A DNA stretch of 63,979 nucleotides, the filler included, from Ionaspis alba (taxonomy: Eukaryota), in NCBI GenBank assembly GCA_964255285.1. It is 4 parts of 4 records of this genome, joined end to end, with 100 filler letters (N's around TTAATTAATTAA, not from the genome) between each part and the next. Parts side by side here need not be neighbours in the genome. Positions count along the whole stretch, not along the records: positions 16,906 to 33,686 come from CAXUUL010000335.1; positions 33,787 to 50,567 come from CAXUUL010000336.1; 2 more parts are not named here. The stretch is one strand, 5' to 3'. Below, piece by piece: positions 24,578 through 37,500 of the stretch. The notes beneath the pieces are model-generated. The model saw only the letters and a program-made list of their open reading frames with translations, searched no databases and had not been told where the DNA came from. The first letter of the stretch is position 1. Every line of letters starts with the position of its first letter. A program made the position numbers and the translations under genes.

Positions 24578-27500
24578 TCATCGAAGAGAAGATGTGCCGT
24601 GAGGATTTCGTCGAGTTTGATCTTGTGTCTGAGAATGGCTGGATTCTACCCTCGTCAACAATGCCGCAGAGGTGAAGTCGTTACTCTGCTCGAAACTCGG
24701 ACGGATCCGATCCATGGATTGCCGCATCCGATCAAAGGATGGGCGAGGTCGATCGAGCGATGGTCGATGAGGATGCTCAAGGGAACGTCTGTATTCCGCG
24801 ACATCACTGCCGTTCTGGCTTTGGGGGTTGTTTGTGGTCGCAGTTTGAGCAACAGAGGGCGGGTAGATAGGACGTCGGTCATCGTCGAGAGGTATCGGTG
24901 ATCTCATGGCGCCTGGATCATTTGTCTTTGATACGTCTGAAGATGTTGTGGACGATATCTTACCAGCAGGAGGAACGTAAGCTCCATAGTTGTCCAGATA
25001 TTTGAACTTACCCTGCTGAACCTGCTCCCGGATGATGTCGACGTCTCGAGGTAGGAAGACCTTCTGAAAAGATTTGGCAGTGAAGCGAGGGATGAGGCAT
25101 ATCAGGACTATGAGGAGTGTCAAAGCCCAAAAACTGAGTTGTCCGTAAACTTGTGGCGCCGCTTTGTAGAACGACTGTGATCCAACGAAAGCGGTATATA
25201 TGCCCGTCCACAGCCATATGAGTAATATGGTAACGGACACTATGAGTAGCATGAGCCAGTCCCAACGGTAGGTATTGAGGAGGACGTAGACGTTAACAAC
25301 GACGACTGTGGCACAGGCGATGTAAACTCCAAAGCGGTCTCGATCATTCACGTTGAGACCGTTACTCGTGACGACGGTGGTTGGTGCAAAGAGTAGGTAG
25401 CCCATGAAGAAACATATCAAAGACTGATAGATTCCATCGAACATGTAGGTCCTGAAAGCTTGTTAGCGCTGCTCTATACCCCGAGTACACATTACTTACC
25501 AGAATTTAAGCGCCGTCCATTCTTTCCGCTCGATACCTCGTCTATAGAGCTGAGGAACAGCTAGCGAGACCTTGTCACTGACGTCTTGATCGAGAATGCC
25601 CATGAAAGCGATGGGCACAGAGGTGAATACAGTATTGTACAAAAGAATGTAACTATAGTCGACAAGATATGTGCCGTCGAAGTTGTTATAAATCTGGTAC
25701 CAGAACAAGGCAAAAGTCCAGACCATGTTCTGCAGATTTATCAGATACTTGATGTACTAGGAACATAGAAGAGAGCTTACCTTGTAGAAGAAATTGGCAA
25801 TAGTCTCACCGAGTCTTCTATACGACCATCGGCCATGGACCAAGACCAGTCTCTGCAAGAATCGAAATTGACCGATTGCATAATCCGAGGACATGACAGC
25901 CTGCCGACCTTCCTCTCCAGCAATGCCGACTCCAATATCGGCTTCTTGGATCATGGCCACATCATTAGCTCCGTCGCCAATTGAAAGAGTCATGACATCA
26001 AGGCCACTTTTGACCATCTGAACCACGGCAGCTTTCTGGCTGGGACTGACTCGACAGCAAAGGACAGATTTGCACTGCTTGCAAAGTAGCAAGAACTTTT
26101 GCCTCAAGGTATCGTCGAGTACAAGTTTCAATGAATCGCCATCGATGACAATGGCATGGCCTGGTCCTGGTGGTTCATGGTTCTTACGAGCTGCCATCAA
26201 CTCTTCGTCAGAGCCGGTAATACTGAATGAAGCCAAATGCTTGTCGAGTTCGATCGTAGCGCTTTCAATTGTGTCGTCCTCGACCTTGAAGACGATCAAG
26301 TCCATTCCATTGTCGAGCAGGTTGCAAGAGAAACCAATGTTGATAGCGGTCTCAACTTTGTCTCCAGTCAGCACCCAGAGCTTGATACCCGCATCACCAA
26401 GAAGAGCAATCGTGTCCGGTACGCCATCTTGCAATCTGTCCTCGATTGCGGTACCTCCAATAAGGATCAGATCTCTCTCGATGGCGTCAGAAAGCTTCTC
26501 AAGCTTGTCTTCCCGTTCGTAAACTGCTTCTACTGCGAGGTCGTGCTCTCTCTCCCACGTGCGATAGTCCTCCTCCGAGATCTCCTTCTGAGCAATACAG
26601 AGCGTTCTCAACCCTTCCCGCGCAAACATCTCTAAATGTTCTGCTGTATCCTTTCTGAGCTGCATCTGTTCACCGCGCTTTAGACGAGAATAAATAACAC
26701 TGTCTGCTCCCTTACAGAACAAGACGATCCTGTTATCTGGCATCCGGATGATGGCACTCATACGCTTTCGGGAAGAATTGAACTCTAGGGTATTTAGGAC
26801 CTGATACTCGCGTTCTTCGCCGAGCACGTTCAAAATTATCCCATCATTGGCCCTGCCGAGAACTGTAAATCCACAATCCCTCGCAGTTGCAACCAAGGCT
26901 GCTTCATCGGGGGATTGAGCTTTGAACTCGATCTTGGGAGGATCGCCTGGCGTACGTTCGGTGACGACTGTATGGCAAAGTGCAAGTGCAAGCATGAAGT
27001 TCTCGTTGGCTTTCTTTTGCGCAACTCCAGAAGCGCCGCCGAGATCCTGGACGAAGTCCGGGGCGACGAAGGTCAGATCTTCGTCATGCAGGTAGGGATT
27101 TGGATGCATGGTTCTCAAGTCGTCTAGCATCTTCGCCCGGTCCAATGCAATCTGTTTGTGGGCTCTAGCCCCCTCTTCCTCGACATTGATACCCTGCCTC
27201 CTCTGCATACCTGCCTGAGCTTCGGTATAGGCCTCTCCATATGGTACACCATTGATAGTGCATTTCTTGAATTCCATGACATTCTGGGTCAGTGTCCCTG
27301 TCTTGTCGGAGAAGATGTACTCGATCTGACCAAGGTCATCGGAAATGTTCCAGGACTTTGGAGTGCATGGATAATCGAGCTTGTCGTAGTACATGAATGT
27401 ATCACTGTAGATAAAGAAAGCTTGTGCAGACTTGATGATTTCGAGCGTGATGTACAAGGATATTGGCACCAAGTTCTGAAAGAGGATCACGGCAGTCCAG

Positions 27501-29311
27501 AAAGTGATGAATCCGTCCAGTGCCGGATTCCCTCCGATACTGCCAAACTCAAAGAAGTCCAGCGAACTGTTGCCCTTGGACCATGTTACGCCTTGGACAA
27601 TACCTGAGGCTATACACATGAAGAGCAGGATGATGAAATTGTAGATAACATTCCAGTTGAGCTCGCGGGAGATCCGAGATCTTTTGCTGGGAGTTATTCC
27701 GGAGTTAATCATTATCTTCGTTTCTGTTCCAGTGAAAATGACAACACCAAGGACCCATTCCGTGTTCCGCAGGCTACAGCCTCTAAGAAGAATGTTATTG
27801 ATTGATATTGGCTCTGCCATGTCGGTACCTGGATCACCAGGTTTTCGAATGTCTCGTTGCCTCCAACGGGCGACCCCGCTGTATTGGTAGAGGTTGGCAT
27901 GAGGTGGTTCGCTCTCCACGATAAAATCCGTCCGCTCACAGTCGCGTGCATGCTTCACCTTTCGCCCACTCTGTAGAGCCTGCCGCACTTTGAGATTGGT
28001 TTCACCATCCAGGTTCTTCGTTTCTACATAACAAGCGCCATCTGGATCCGAGGTGGAAAGAATGGCAATGTCGGCAGGAATCTGATCGTCGTTGTAGATC
28101 CGTACGAAATCTCCCACCTGAACATTTTTCCAAAAGTCTTTCTTGAACCTGGCCTTTTCTGGTACCTGCTTGAACGGGTCTATCAAACTTCCATGAAAAC
28201 GCACCGGAGGTGCGCTGTTCCGGTTCTCAGTCCGCGGTGGATGAGCTTCGCCATTGGCAATTTCTACGACCCCATCACCACCTTCATACGAAAACGCCGT
28301 ATTTGCACGTTCTCTGGTTTGCACCCTTTCACCTGGTGGACTAGAGCCGCCTTGAGGAAGTGGCGAAGGGACCGACTCCATCGGAATACCGTCTTCCTCG
28401 TTGTGGCTTCTCAAAGATTGAATTGATTTACGAGAGGTGGCAACGGAGTCTCTCACTGTGTTGCGCGTCTCAATAGACGGACGAGGCCCGTCCAGAGCAC
28501 GCTCCGCATATCCTTTCCCTCCGTCCGACTTCTGCTTCTTCCTTATTTGCCATTTTCGTATGAGCGACATTATCCCCCTGGACGTTGCCTTCTTGATCTT
28601 TCTCCATGTAGAGATGGCATCCTCGGACGTATTGACGTTGTTCCACTCCACAAGTCTATGGACAGGAGAGTTGTTCAGTTCGTTATCGAGAATAGTACGC
28701 CGCCAGTCCTCGATGGCATCCTTTACAGCAGTAATGAATAGAATGAATATGAGGGGAACAGAGCTGAGTCCCGGGTTTACGGAGCCAAAGATGGGGAATA
28801 TCTGATTGAGGAGTCTTCATTAGTGTGTGCCCCTTTCGAACGTTTCCTTAGGGAGACTTACGGCAAGGATGATCAGAAACAAGAAGTAGACATTGGCAAC
28901 GTTGTGGAACTGGAACCACAGATTTTTCGGTACGAAGCTGAGAGGAGTGTACTTGGCCGTCCTTATCTTGTTGCGACCAAAACGTGCAAGAAGTCGGCCT
29001 TCGTCATCCCTTGCGGTCTCTGGCGGGGTTACGTTGAAATATATCGTTCGCGTTCCTCCCAAGCCACTATCACTGCCAGTGTCATCTGTCGCATTCTCGT
29101 CTCTCTGAGGACCACCAAGATTGGAACCATCCACGGAATCGGTGCCTCCAGATTCCCGCTTCTTTTCTTGGGCAGTTGCACTCTTGTGAAATCGATTCAT
29201 GATGCCATGGCGTTTCCGTCGCGCTCCAAGACTTGTGGCTCTTTGAGTTGCCCACCTGATGCGCTTTGCCGGTAAGGAAACATCCTTTTGGTGGGGTGGC
29301 TGATTCGCCAT
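24578..29311 (-). CDS. DNF1: P4-ATPase phospholipid flippase, Dnf1/Dnf2 type
   Basis: Motifs NKIRTAKYTPLSF, LDGETNLK, IFSDKTGTLTQN, GDGANDVAMIQEA and WYQIY. Three introns (~28802-28861, ~25730-25780, ~25452-25499). ATG at 29311 (MANQPP). Confidence 0.95.
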
Positions 29312-31081
29312 GGCGAGATTGGATTGTGGCGGATCGTGCTCATGAAGGAGAAAAGGAGTCGCGGTTGGTGGGAGCTGGTGAGCCACTGATGCTATCTTTG
29401 AGCCATGCGGACCGAATTGAACAAACTTTGGTGATGTATGTGCGCTATTGACTGAGATGGCAAAACGACACTGTTGGCGCTGAATGTGGTCGATGGGAAT
29501 CGGGTAGACGCAGAGTCCGGGAGGAGCGGGACGGAGGTGAGAAAAAGCGAAGTCGCGCAATGACGATTGCCGTGGATGGAGAGAGCGTGGGGATTCAAAG
29601 AGCGAGCTTGCGAGTGCTGAAATCTATATGAATGGTGTATGTATGTATGTACGAGAAGACCGAGTTGGTGCAGCAGGTTGGATCGACACCGTGAAGGTGG
29701 TGCAGGGGAAAATAATGAAGGCGTTGACTTGGTATGCGGACGCTGCTTTGATAATAATACGGCCAAATTGCCGGCCTTAGTGATGTGCTACCACCCGAGC
29801 GGCACGCTACAGTCAAGGAAGTCGAGTCGAGTCGAGTACAGTCCTACCACGAAGAGATTAACGGCAGGCGATGGGATGATGCAGTCAACGTCGACCTTCA
29901 CTCTTCGTTTCCTTTTCTCAAAGAACGGAGGGCGGATGGGATGACGCAGTGAGTAGGCAGGAGCAATGCTTAGTCAATAAGGACGGATGGCCGGAAAGAA
30001 GAAGAAGAATAATGACTGTGTCTACTAGGTTACGGCTGACTATGCTTACAACAGCTTTCACAGACCGAATGTGTGGGGTGTTTAATTTTGGTTTTTCATC
30101 GCTGTTCTCTCGTGGCGGAGTACGTAGAGTAGCAGCTCGGGATATTCAAGGCTTACTTACGAGCACAGCTCGCAGTTACTCTCCCAAGATTCCTCCGTAG
30201 TTTTCGAGCTGACTGTGCCGCTGCTGTAATTCTAGCAAAGAAACAGAACTCTTCGCAACATAATACTTCACTTCTCAAGTACGGATCGCGGCACTGATAT
30301 GCAGGGGTTGATCTGCCTTTCCCACCACTACTAATACCACCACCATCTTATCTCCCTCCGCCCCATTCGTATATCACCGAACAGATCCAAAGTCATACTC
30401 CGTACGGTCAATAGAAAAAACCGTCTGGACTTCAGGTGTTATTAAAGTCCAGGTTCCAAAATTCAAATCTTTCTATCACCGGCTGTGCTCAGAAGCTGAA
30501 CGGATTGTGCCTGGATTCCAGGTCGCGAATGGGTCGCCCTCTCGGCATGACCAGAGTGGGGTCCACAGAAATATGGCCATGCGATACGGGCTGGACGATC
30601 CTTCGGGCTCTGCGATGAGACTATGGTGGTCGGAGTTGCGCTGGTTGTTTCACCATTTATGTATTTGGCCATTTTCTCTGCCGTGAAGCAACTGCGCAAT
30701 GCCACCTCAGATGATCTCAAGGACTGCTGTGCCACGTGAGATACACTTCTCATTGTTCACCTGGCTTGGCGGATGGCCTGTAGATGGTCTGGCAGACCGC
30801 GGCATTTGTGTATTGCTCCGAGAAGAATTATGTAAGATCTTTCTACTAGAATGCAAAGAGGCGAACGATTTATTTCCCTACAGCAGCCAAAAGTTGAAGC
30901 AATTGCATAATTACATAAAAATACATAATTGGTAGCTTTTCGGGTGTAGGTTGTGCATAACGTGATTGACGTGATACAGTCGTGATATTCGCGTAAACCT
31001 CGACATGTGCCAAGTGCCCTTGGAACAGCCTTTCCAGCTTCCAGTTTGTCAAATCGTGCCACAAGACCTAATGATAGGACT

Positions 31082-33517
31082 ATGTACAAGAGTCGCCATA
31101 TTACCGACTTCTTCAAGTCATTCGGTCGATCAGTGTCTTCCACAAAGCGTTCTAGGCAGGAGGAAGACGACGATTTGGAGGATACCATTGCACTAGCAAG
31201 GCGACGCACAAAGAGCCCTAAAATCCTTGAACCTTCGCCAGAGGAGGACCACAACTTCAAATCTACTGCAAGGTCCTCCAGTCTAACGCCCATCGATAGT
31301 GATGCCAGCATCGATAGCTCCAATGGGCCACAGACCAAGACCGCAGGGGTGCAGACAGTGCCTATCGCGACTCCAGGGCATAGCTTTGGATCCCATGCAT
31401 CCAATGGACCCGTCATGACAAGCAGCCAGAGGGTGACGAAGAACGGAGAAACAATCATCAAGAATTCTGATGACGAGTCTGACTCCGATGACTCCCTTGA
31501 GGACCTCGACGATCTTTTGTCAAACCGAAAGTCTCCTCGCATTTCCTCTCCACCTACTGAGCCAGATTTGCCACCCGTGTCAGCGACAGCCCAAACCAGA
31601 CATAGCAGTCGAAGAACTGGACACGCGAGAAGTGCAATAAAGGCATTACCCGTTGTCCCCAAATACAGATTCTCTCTTGATACCCTGGTAGCCCATGCGG
31701 CGAAGGACGATGCGGCAGAAGCTCGTGCTGCGGAAGCCAGGCAGCTTGTGGATTCTTTGGACCACCGGAGCACAGCTTTGGAAGTAAAAGTCGGTAAAGG
31801 GCAAGTGGAGGGCAACGTGAATAAGAGACTTTTGACCACACTGGTAGCACAGGACGGAGATGAAGACAATATCGACAGACTTATGCATGCAATCGAGAGG
31901 ACGGAAGCACTCCAAATACAGAAATCATGGTCATTCTTTGATTTGAGGGAACAAGCGGACGTTTCTGAGCAGGAGGAATTCCCCAAGGTGCCACGGACTG
32001 CTGTTTGGAAAGGGGTAGTGGAGGGTAAGAACACGTTCTGTTACTGGGTTTCATGTGCTTATAAGTGTAGATCCATCAAGTAGACAGGAGGCTTTTGTCA
32101 GTGGGTTGCTCGGGGACATTGCTGCCAAAGGCATACTCCCTGATGAAATTCTGTCCTGGATCCTCGATACTTGTATGTTGCGGCCAATCCTCTTCGAACA
32201 ATGGTGCGATGCTAACACTCGGGCACAAAGTCACCATAGAACCTAATAAGAGCCTTCAAAGCGCTTATATTGCTACTCTTGCAGTAAATCGGCATTCCTC
32301 TCGTGCAACTAGTTCGTACCTAACGTATTTTTAGAGTGCTAAAGATCAACTTGAGTCGCTTTTGAAGCCTACCCGTGTCGATGAGCTTTTCCGTACTTTG
32401 GGTGCTCGCGAAGAAGCTTTGCATATCGGTCAACCTATCTTACCTACCCAGCGACGGCCATCCAAGAGTGAGCTAGAGAAACCTTTGCAAAAAATAGCAC
32501 ATCTGTTAACTCTGCTAAGGTGGCGATGATAATGGTTCAAATTGGTCGAGACTGTGGCAAGTTCTCGAGCTTCTATCAAACACAGCATCGAGGTATGTTC
32601 GCACCGGGCTTGAAGTTCGTCGGCTTTGACTTGTTGAACAATCCTAGGATGAGCTCTGAAACTCGAGGTCATTTATTACGTATACTGTGTCGTCTATCGT
32701 TGGACTCGTCTGCTGTTGCGGATGGCAGCATCTCCATAGCGCTGGAATCGGCCTTTGAGAATCTAGTGAGCTCCATACCAGCTTCATCACTTGAGAAAGA
32801 GGTAAGAAAGATTGTTGTAGCCATAAAGGACCTGACTGAATTTTTTGCCAGCTGTTCTCCAGCCTCAATACAATCTACAACCAAGTACAGGATGCCCGAC
32901 TTCGCCTCCAACTTCTCAAAGTTATTCCTGCGTCTACTACCCGCCTGAGTCTCGTTCGTAGAAAGCTGGCCTTGTCGTTCTTCTTTCAAGATTCTTCCCA
33001 TCTCTCCAATGCCCCACCTAACTTTATCAACTTCTCCGCCATAGTACACCAGCTGCGTCAGCCTGAATTCAAGATCACAGCTGCGGCAGACTACACCCGC
33101 CTTGCAGCGGCAATTTCCATCCTAGATATCGGGATCGACGACGGTGATCCTCCCACTTCGCCATTCGATGTTCAAGCTGAATTGGATTTCAACCATGAGG
33201 TCGACCGTCTCGCAAAGATGGTCAAGAGTATGTTCACACGGATCATTGATAGTGGAGCGTCACATATGACGCGAACGGAGGCCAAGGATGTTCTGGAGGC
33301 ATTACATGCTAGATTGGTGTACGCCGTGAGGACGAAGCCGAAACCCAAAAAGCGGTTGTTTGGGAACGGAGGTCCTGGTGCCGGAACGAGCTGGGGCGGT
33401 GTGGATTTCATGGAGAAATTCTTGGCCAGGAAGAAAGTAGGAGTTGGGGCTGAGAAGGAGGGAGATTCGACAACGGCTGAGGAGGTAGAAGGGGGAGGAG
33501 ACGGGGAACGAGGATAG
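31082..33517 (+). CDS. Conserved fungal protein, probable Nse6/SLF2 (FAM178/CANIN)-like SMC5/6 cofactor
   Basis: Multi-exon gene with a disordered N-terminus (RHITDFFK; acidic NSDDESDSDDSLEDLDDLL) and a helical C-terminus. IIDSGASHMTRTEAKDVLEALHARL resembles, from memory, the C-terminal RT..KD motif of SLF2/FAM178. Confidence 0.55.
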
Positions 33518-33686
33518 CTCCCTGTCGATGTAGCCGGATCCTGGTGAGGTGTTTTGGCTGGTTGTGATCGATGCCTACAACCATGATGGATATCTCAAAG
33601 AAAGGACGCAAATGTTTCTGAAGGAGTATGATACAGGTTGTACAAGTTCTATCAACATGCAGCTCTCAGACTATGCATCGAACCTT

Positions 33687-33786
33687 NNNNNNNNNNNNNN
33701 NNNNNNNNNNNNNNNNNNNNNNNNNNNNNNTTAATTAATTAANNNNNNNNNNNNNNNNNNNNNNNNNNNNNNNNNNNNNNNNNNNN
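33687..33786. other. Artificial contig linker N44-TTAATTAATTAA-N44
   Basis: Same linker as at 16806; it truncates creA. Confidence 0.97.
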
Positions 33787-34598
33787 GCGGAGGCTGAGTT
33801 TGAGAGGGCGTAGGCGGAGAGGGAGGGCAGCCGGGGTGTGTAGTAAGGGTGGTGGAGGTGGGAGGAGTTGTGAAGGGCACTGGGTGGGTGTCGGGAGACG
33901 GTGGGGTTGTGTGTGGTCGTGGGAAGTTGGGAGTCGCGCTCGACTTGGGAGGCGGCGGTTGCGAGGAGATTGATGTCGAGAGGGTTGTGGTGGGGAAGGC
34001 CGTTGGGACTTAGGTTGTTGGAGTGGTGGTAGGGGCCGAGGGTGGATGAGGGAAATTGGTTGGCGTAGGCGGAGTAGGAGTTAGGAGGAGAGTCGTTGGG
34101 TGAGCCGACCTTGGACGTGGGCGCGGATTGTGACATTGATTTCCTCGGCGGCGGAAGCATCGAGAGTGGGGAGCTGTGCTCGGCGGCGTAGTTCGCTATT
34201 GCTGCGTTCGAGTGCGGTTTATTACTCCGCCGGGAATTTGGATTATTATGTATTCGAGAATGTCGAGTGAGTTCGTCGGACCGGCTGAAGCGCTTGGTAC
34301 AGCCTGGGAATGAACAGCCATGGGGCTTCTCTCCTGTATGTGTTCTGATATGGCGTGTCTGATGTTCCAAACGGTGAAACGACTTCTCGCAGAGGGGACA
34401 CTTGTAAGGTCGAGGTAGGTCTTGTCGTGGTTCCTCCTGCATTCCTCCGACCAATTGTGGAACAGGCATTGTGCCCACGGTAGCCATGTGGCTATCGTGC
34501 TGTGTATCCTCCGTTGATCGCCCTCCTTGCCCTCTGTAGGGTTGTAATTCTGGATTCAGCAGATTTGAGAAATCCACTGCTGACGACGCGCGTTGCAT
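33787..34598 (-). CDS. creA: Carbon catabolite repressor CreA/Cre1 (C2H2), 3' part truncated by contig end
   Basis: [32 protein letters not shown]...[22 protein letters not shown] and [16 protein letters not shown]. Start [16 protein letters not shown] at 34598. Confidence 0.95.
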
Positions 34599-37500
34599 GT
34601 GAAAGCTTATGCTAAAGCCGTAGCTGTAGTGGAAATCGACTGTTGGTGAGGGCTGACGAATAGTATCGGGCTTCAAGAAACAGGATCGTTGTGGTAGTGG
34701 TTGAGGAAGGAAAAGCCGGTGCCGTTGAAATGTCGATCAGAAAAGAGACGTTGGATGAGAGGAACAACTGTGAACAAATCGTGGAGGATAAGCGGACGGT
34801 ATGACTGGTGGGAAATCGTGGATGATACGTCACGCACCAGGGTGCCAGACGATGGCGCTGTTGGTAGTGTTGACGAGTGAGAGCGATTGAAGATGTGTGG
34901 GGAGCAGAATGGTCCAGAAGGAGGAAGAGTGTAGATGATGGCGCGAATGATCGATTATGTGGAAATCTCGGTCAAGGTCGGAGGAGAGGAAGAGGACGCG
35001 ACTGGGATCATCTGGTGGGCGGAGGCTGAAAAGCAATTAGGGTTAGGTGGAGGGTGCGCAGCCAACCGAAGAAAGTGGTTCTGGATGACGATTGTTGCGA
35101 CAAATTTCTGCTGGGATGCTAAGAAAGAAAAAAACGTGGTTCTTTGCCTCGCAACTTTCGTTTCGGTAATCCAGCTCGGCCTTTCTTAGAAGATATTTGT
35201 CGAGAATCCCTTTCAACTGGCAAGAAGATAATGGTCGCGTCTGTCCGAGTCAGGTTTGAAGGATGTTCAGAAAGGATGGCGATTCGGTCGTCTCAGGTCC
35301 TTATCGTGCGATGTGCAAAGGTAGGCAGATGGTTTGTAGTCCAATGATATTTCGAGATCGAGAACTATATAATGAGAATGCTCACAAGGCTTTGTGCGCA
35401 CGTTGTTAGGATCCGATATCCCAATTCTCCAGCTGCGAATTCTGGTCACCCAACACCCCAGGGCTTGATGCGCCGCAAAGGGCGAACGGACTGATTGGCG
35501 TAGATGGAGAAGGGGCCCGTTGGTCCAGTTCCTCCGCAGATGCGGAAAGGCAATCTTGAAATTTGGCCTCGAATGGTAAAAGCTAGCTGTACTGCAACGA
35601 TGATGTGATGATATAAGTCTTCCACAGCTGCCTATTTGACTTTTTTCCGGCGGCTCGGTCCAAGTCAGGGCAGTTCGGTGAGGGAGCTTCCTGGCAGTTT
35701 TTGATCGCCGTACAGTAGCAAAGTGCCACGGATGATAATGTGGGGATAGGTTGGTTCGACACAGGGGTTGATGCTTCGGTCCGAGTCGTGGTATCTTAAT
35801 TAATTCCTTTCCAATTAAGTTTCGGTGGTGATGATTGGAACACGGTACTGAAGCTACCGTAATTCTGCCGCACTCCGCTTCTTTGGTCTCTAACGTTAGA
35901 AAGGTAAGCTTGCAAGTCCAGTCCCAGTAGTAAGAGGTAAATAAGGCCGACGATCTGCAGTACGGGGGACAAGTGATGATGTGTAATTTATGGGGAAGCA
36001 GAAAGGGAGAAGAGACGCATTCAACGTACCAAAATTGGGGAAATCTGGGGAAGCGTGGGGCCTATGTAGGTACGGATCGATCTGGTTGTCCTTTGAGCGT
36101 GGGACCCCACGGGTCTCGAGTGCATCAATCGGCTGTCCGAAGAGACGTTGGTCCGAGGTGTGGCCTATCAACCAGATCCCACGTGTGCGTTGCCCCGAGC
36201 CCCGGGGGTGACGGGAAGACAAAAAAGAAAATAAGGGGTTAGATAGTATGGAGGGGGGAAGATGGGGAAGGTGGGATGACGGCGTGGGCAGTGTTTTGGA
36301 ATTGTCCGTTGGAATGTGGAGATAAGCAAGTCAGCTTGTCGTTGCGGCGTTTCCGTTAGCCCTCGTCGCTATGATACCAAGTCCTATCTAGCTCTAATTC
36401 CTTCGGCGAATCGAGTTCTGCACGTTAAGAACGAATCCGGTTGAAACAGACCCGGCTGCACAAGATCAGTCCCGAGACTTGGGAGGAGGATGAACCTCAG
36501 GGTTCGAAGTTGATCTGTGTCAAGGAGTGGGAGACAGAAATCCGGGGAAGAGGTTGAAAATTTGGGGGAGGAAGGCGGTAAAACCACGCGGAGATGGGCG
36601 GTGTAAATCCTTTATCAAGAAAGCCAGCTCTCCAGCTTCCGGCTTCCTTCCCCAGACCGCATATCACTCTATCAGGGGTTGCAGCCTGTCACTTTGCTGC
36701 AGCATGACTTCTGCAGCCAGCGTGGCTTGACTAGATGGGGGCGACCTGGGGGAAGAGAATGGTGGTGGGAGGACGCAGGGCTACGCTTTGGGACATTGGA
36801 GAAGGGGTTCGAGACAGGTCGCACTACGGATACGAGAGCAATACTATATCCATATTGATGATAACGACATACCTTGCCTGCGCCATGGTATTGGTCCAGA
36901 TGTGATATGTCGAGATCATCCCATATTGGATACATGCTCTACTTCCGAACCTCCAACAAAAACAGTTCTCTAGTGCCATCCTTACGAACCAACAGCCTCC
37001 TTCAGCGGCACGGCGCGCACAAGGCAACGGACAAGGGAGACGGCGGACTGGGCTCCATCTCGCTTTCTCTGACTCCAGTGCCGGGGGTGGCAGAATGGAT
37101 GATGCTTTGCAACACCACGAAACACGTCAGCCTCTGCATCATTGGAATCCTGCCATGAGTTGAGTAGGTGTGGAGCAGGGATTCGCGCAGACAAGATACG
37201 TCGCTGGTGTGGGGTGCGATTTCTCTTTGTCGGGCGTATCACAAGGTAGCCTGCAGCGAGGATGCATGGTTGGGATCCAAAGCGGTGGGAATCGCCCAAA
37301 TGCAACCGGGACTGCGACTGCATGATGATTGCGTTGCCATGTTCGCGCACGGGAAAGGGGAGATTTTGGGTGAGCAGTAGAAGGAAGCACCGAAGGTGAA
37401 GTCACCACTTCTTGGTCCTCTTCCATCCTGTTTGATATATGCGCAATCCAAAGCATAAAGCAGATGGGAAGGAAGAATGGCAACACCCGTCTCCTTGCAG

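Noticed and set aside
29636..29837. Short microsatellites (TGTA)n and (GTCGA)n upstream of the flippase
   Set aside because: Three to four units only; ordinary UTR/promoter simple repeats.
30757..32034. 425-aa minus-strand ORF
   Set aside because: Antisense shadow of the 31082 gene.
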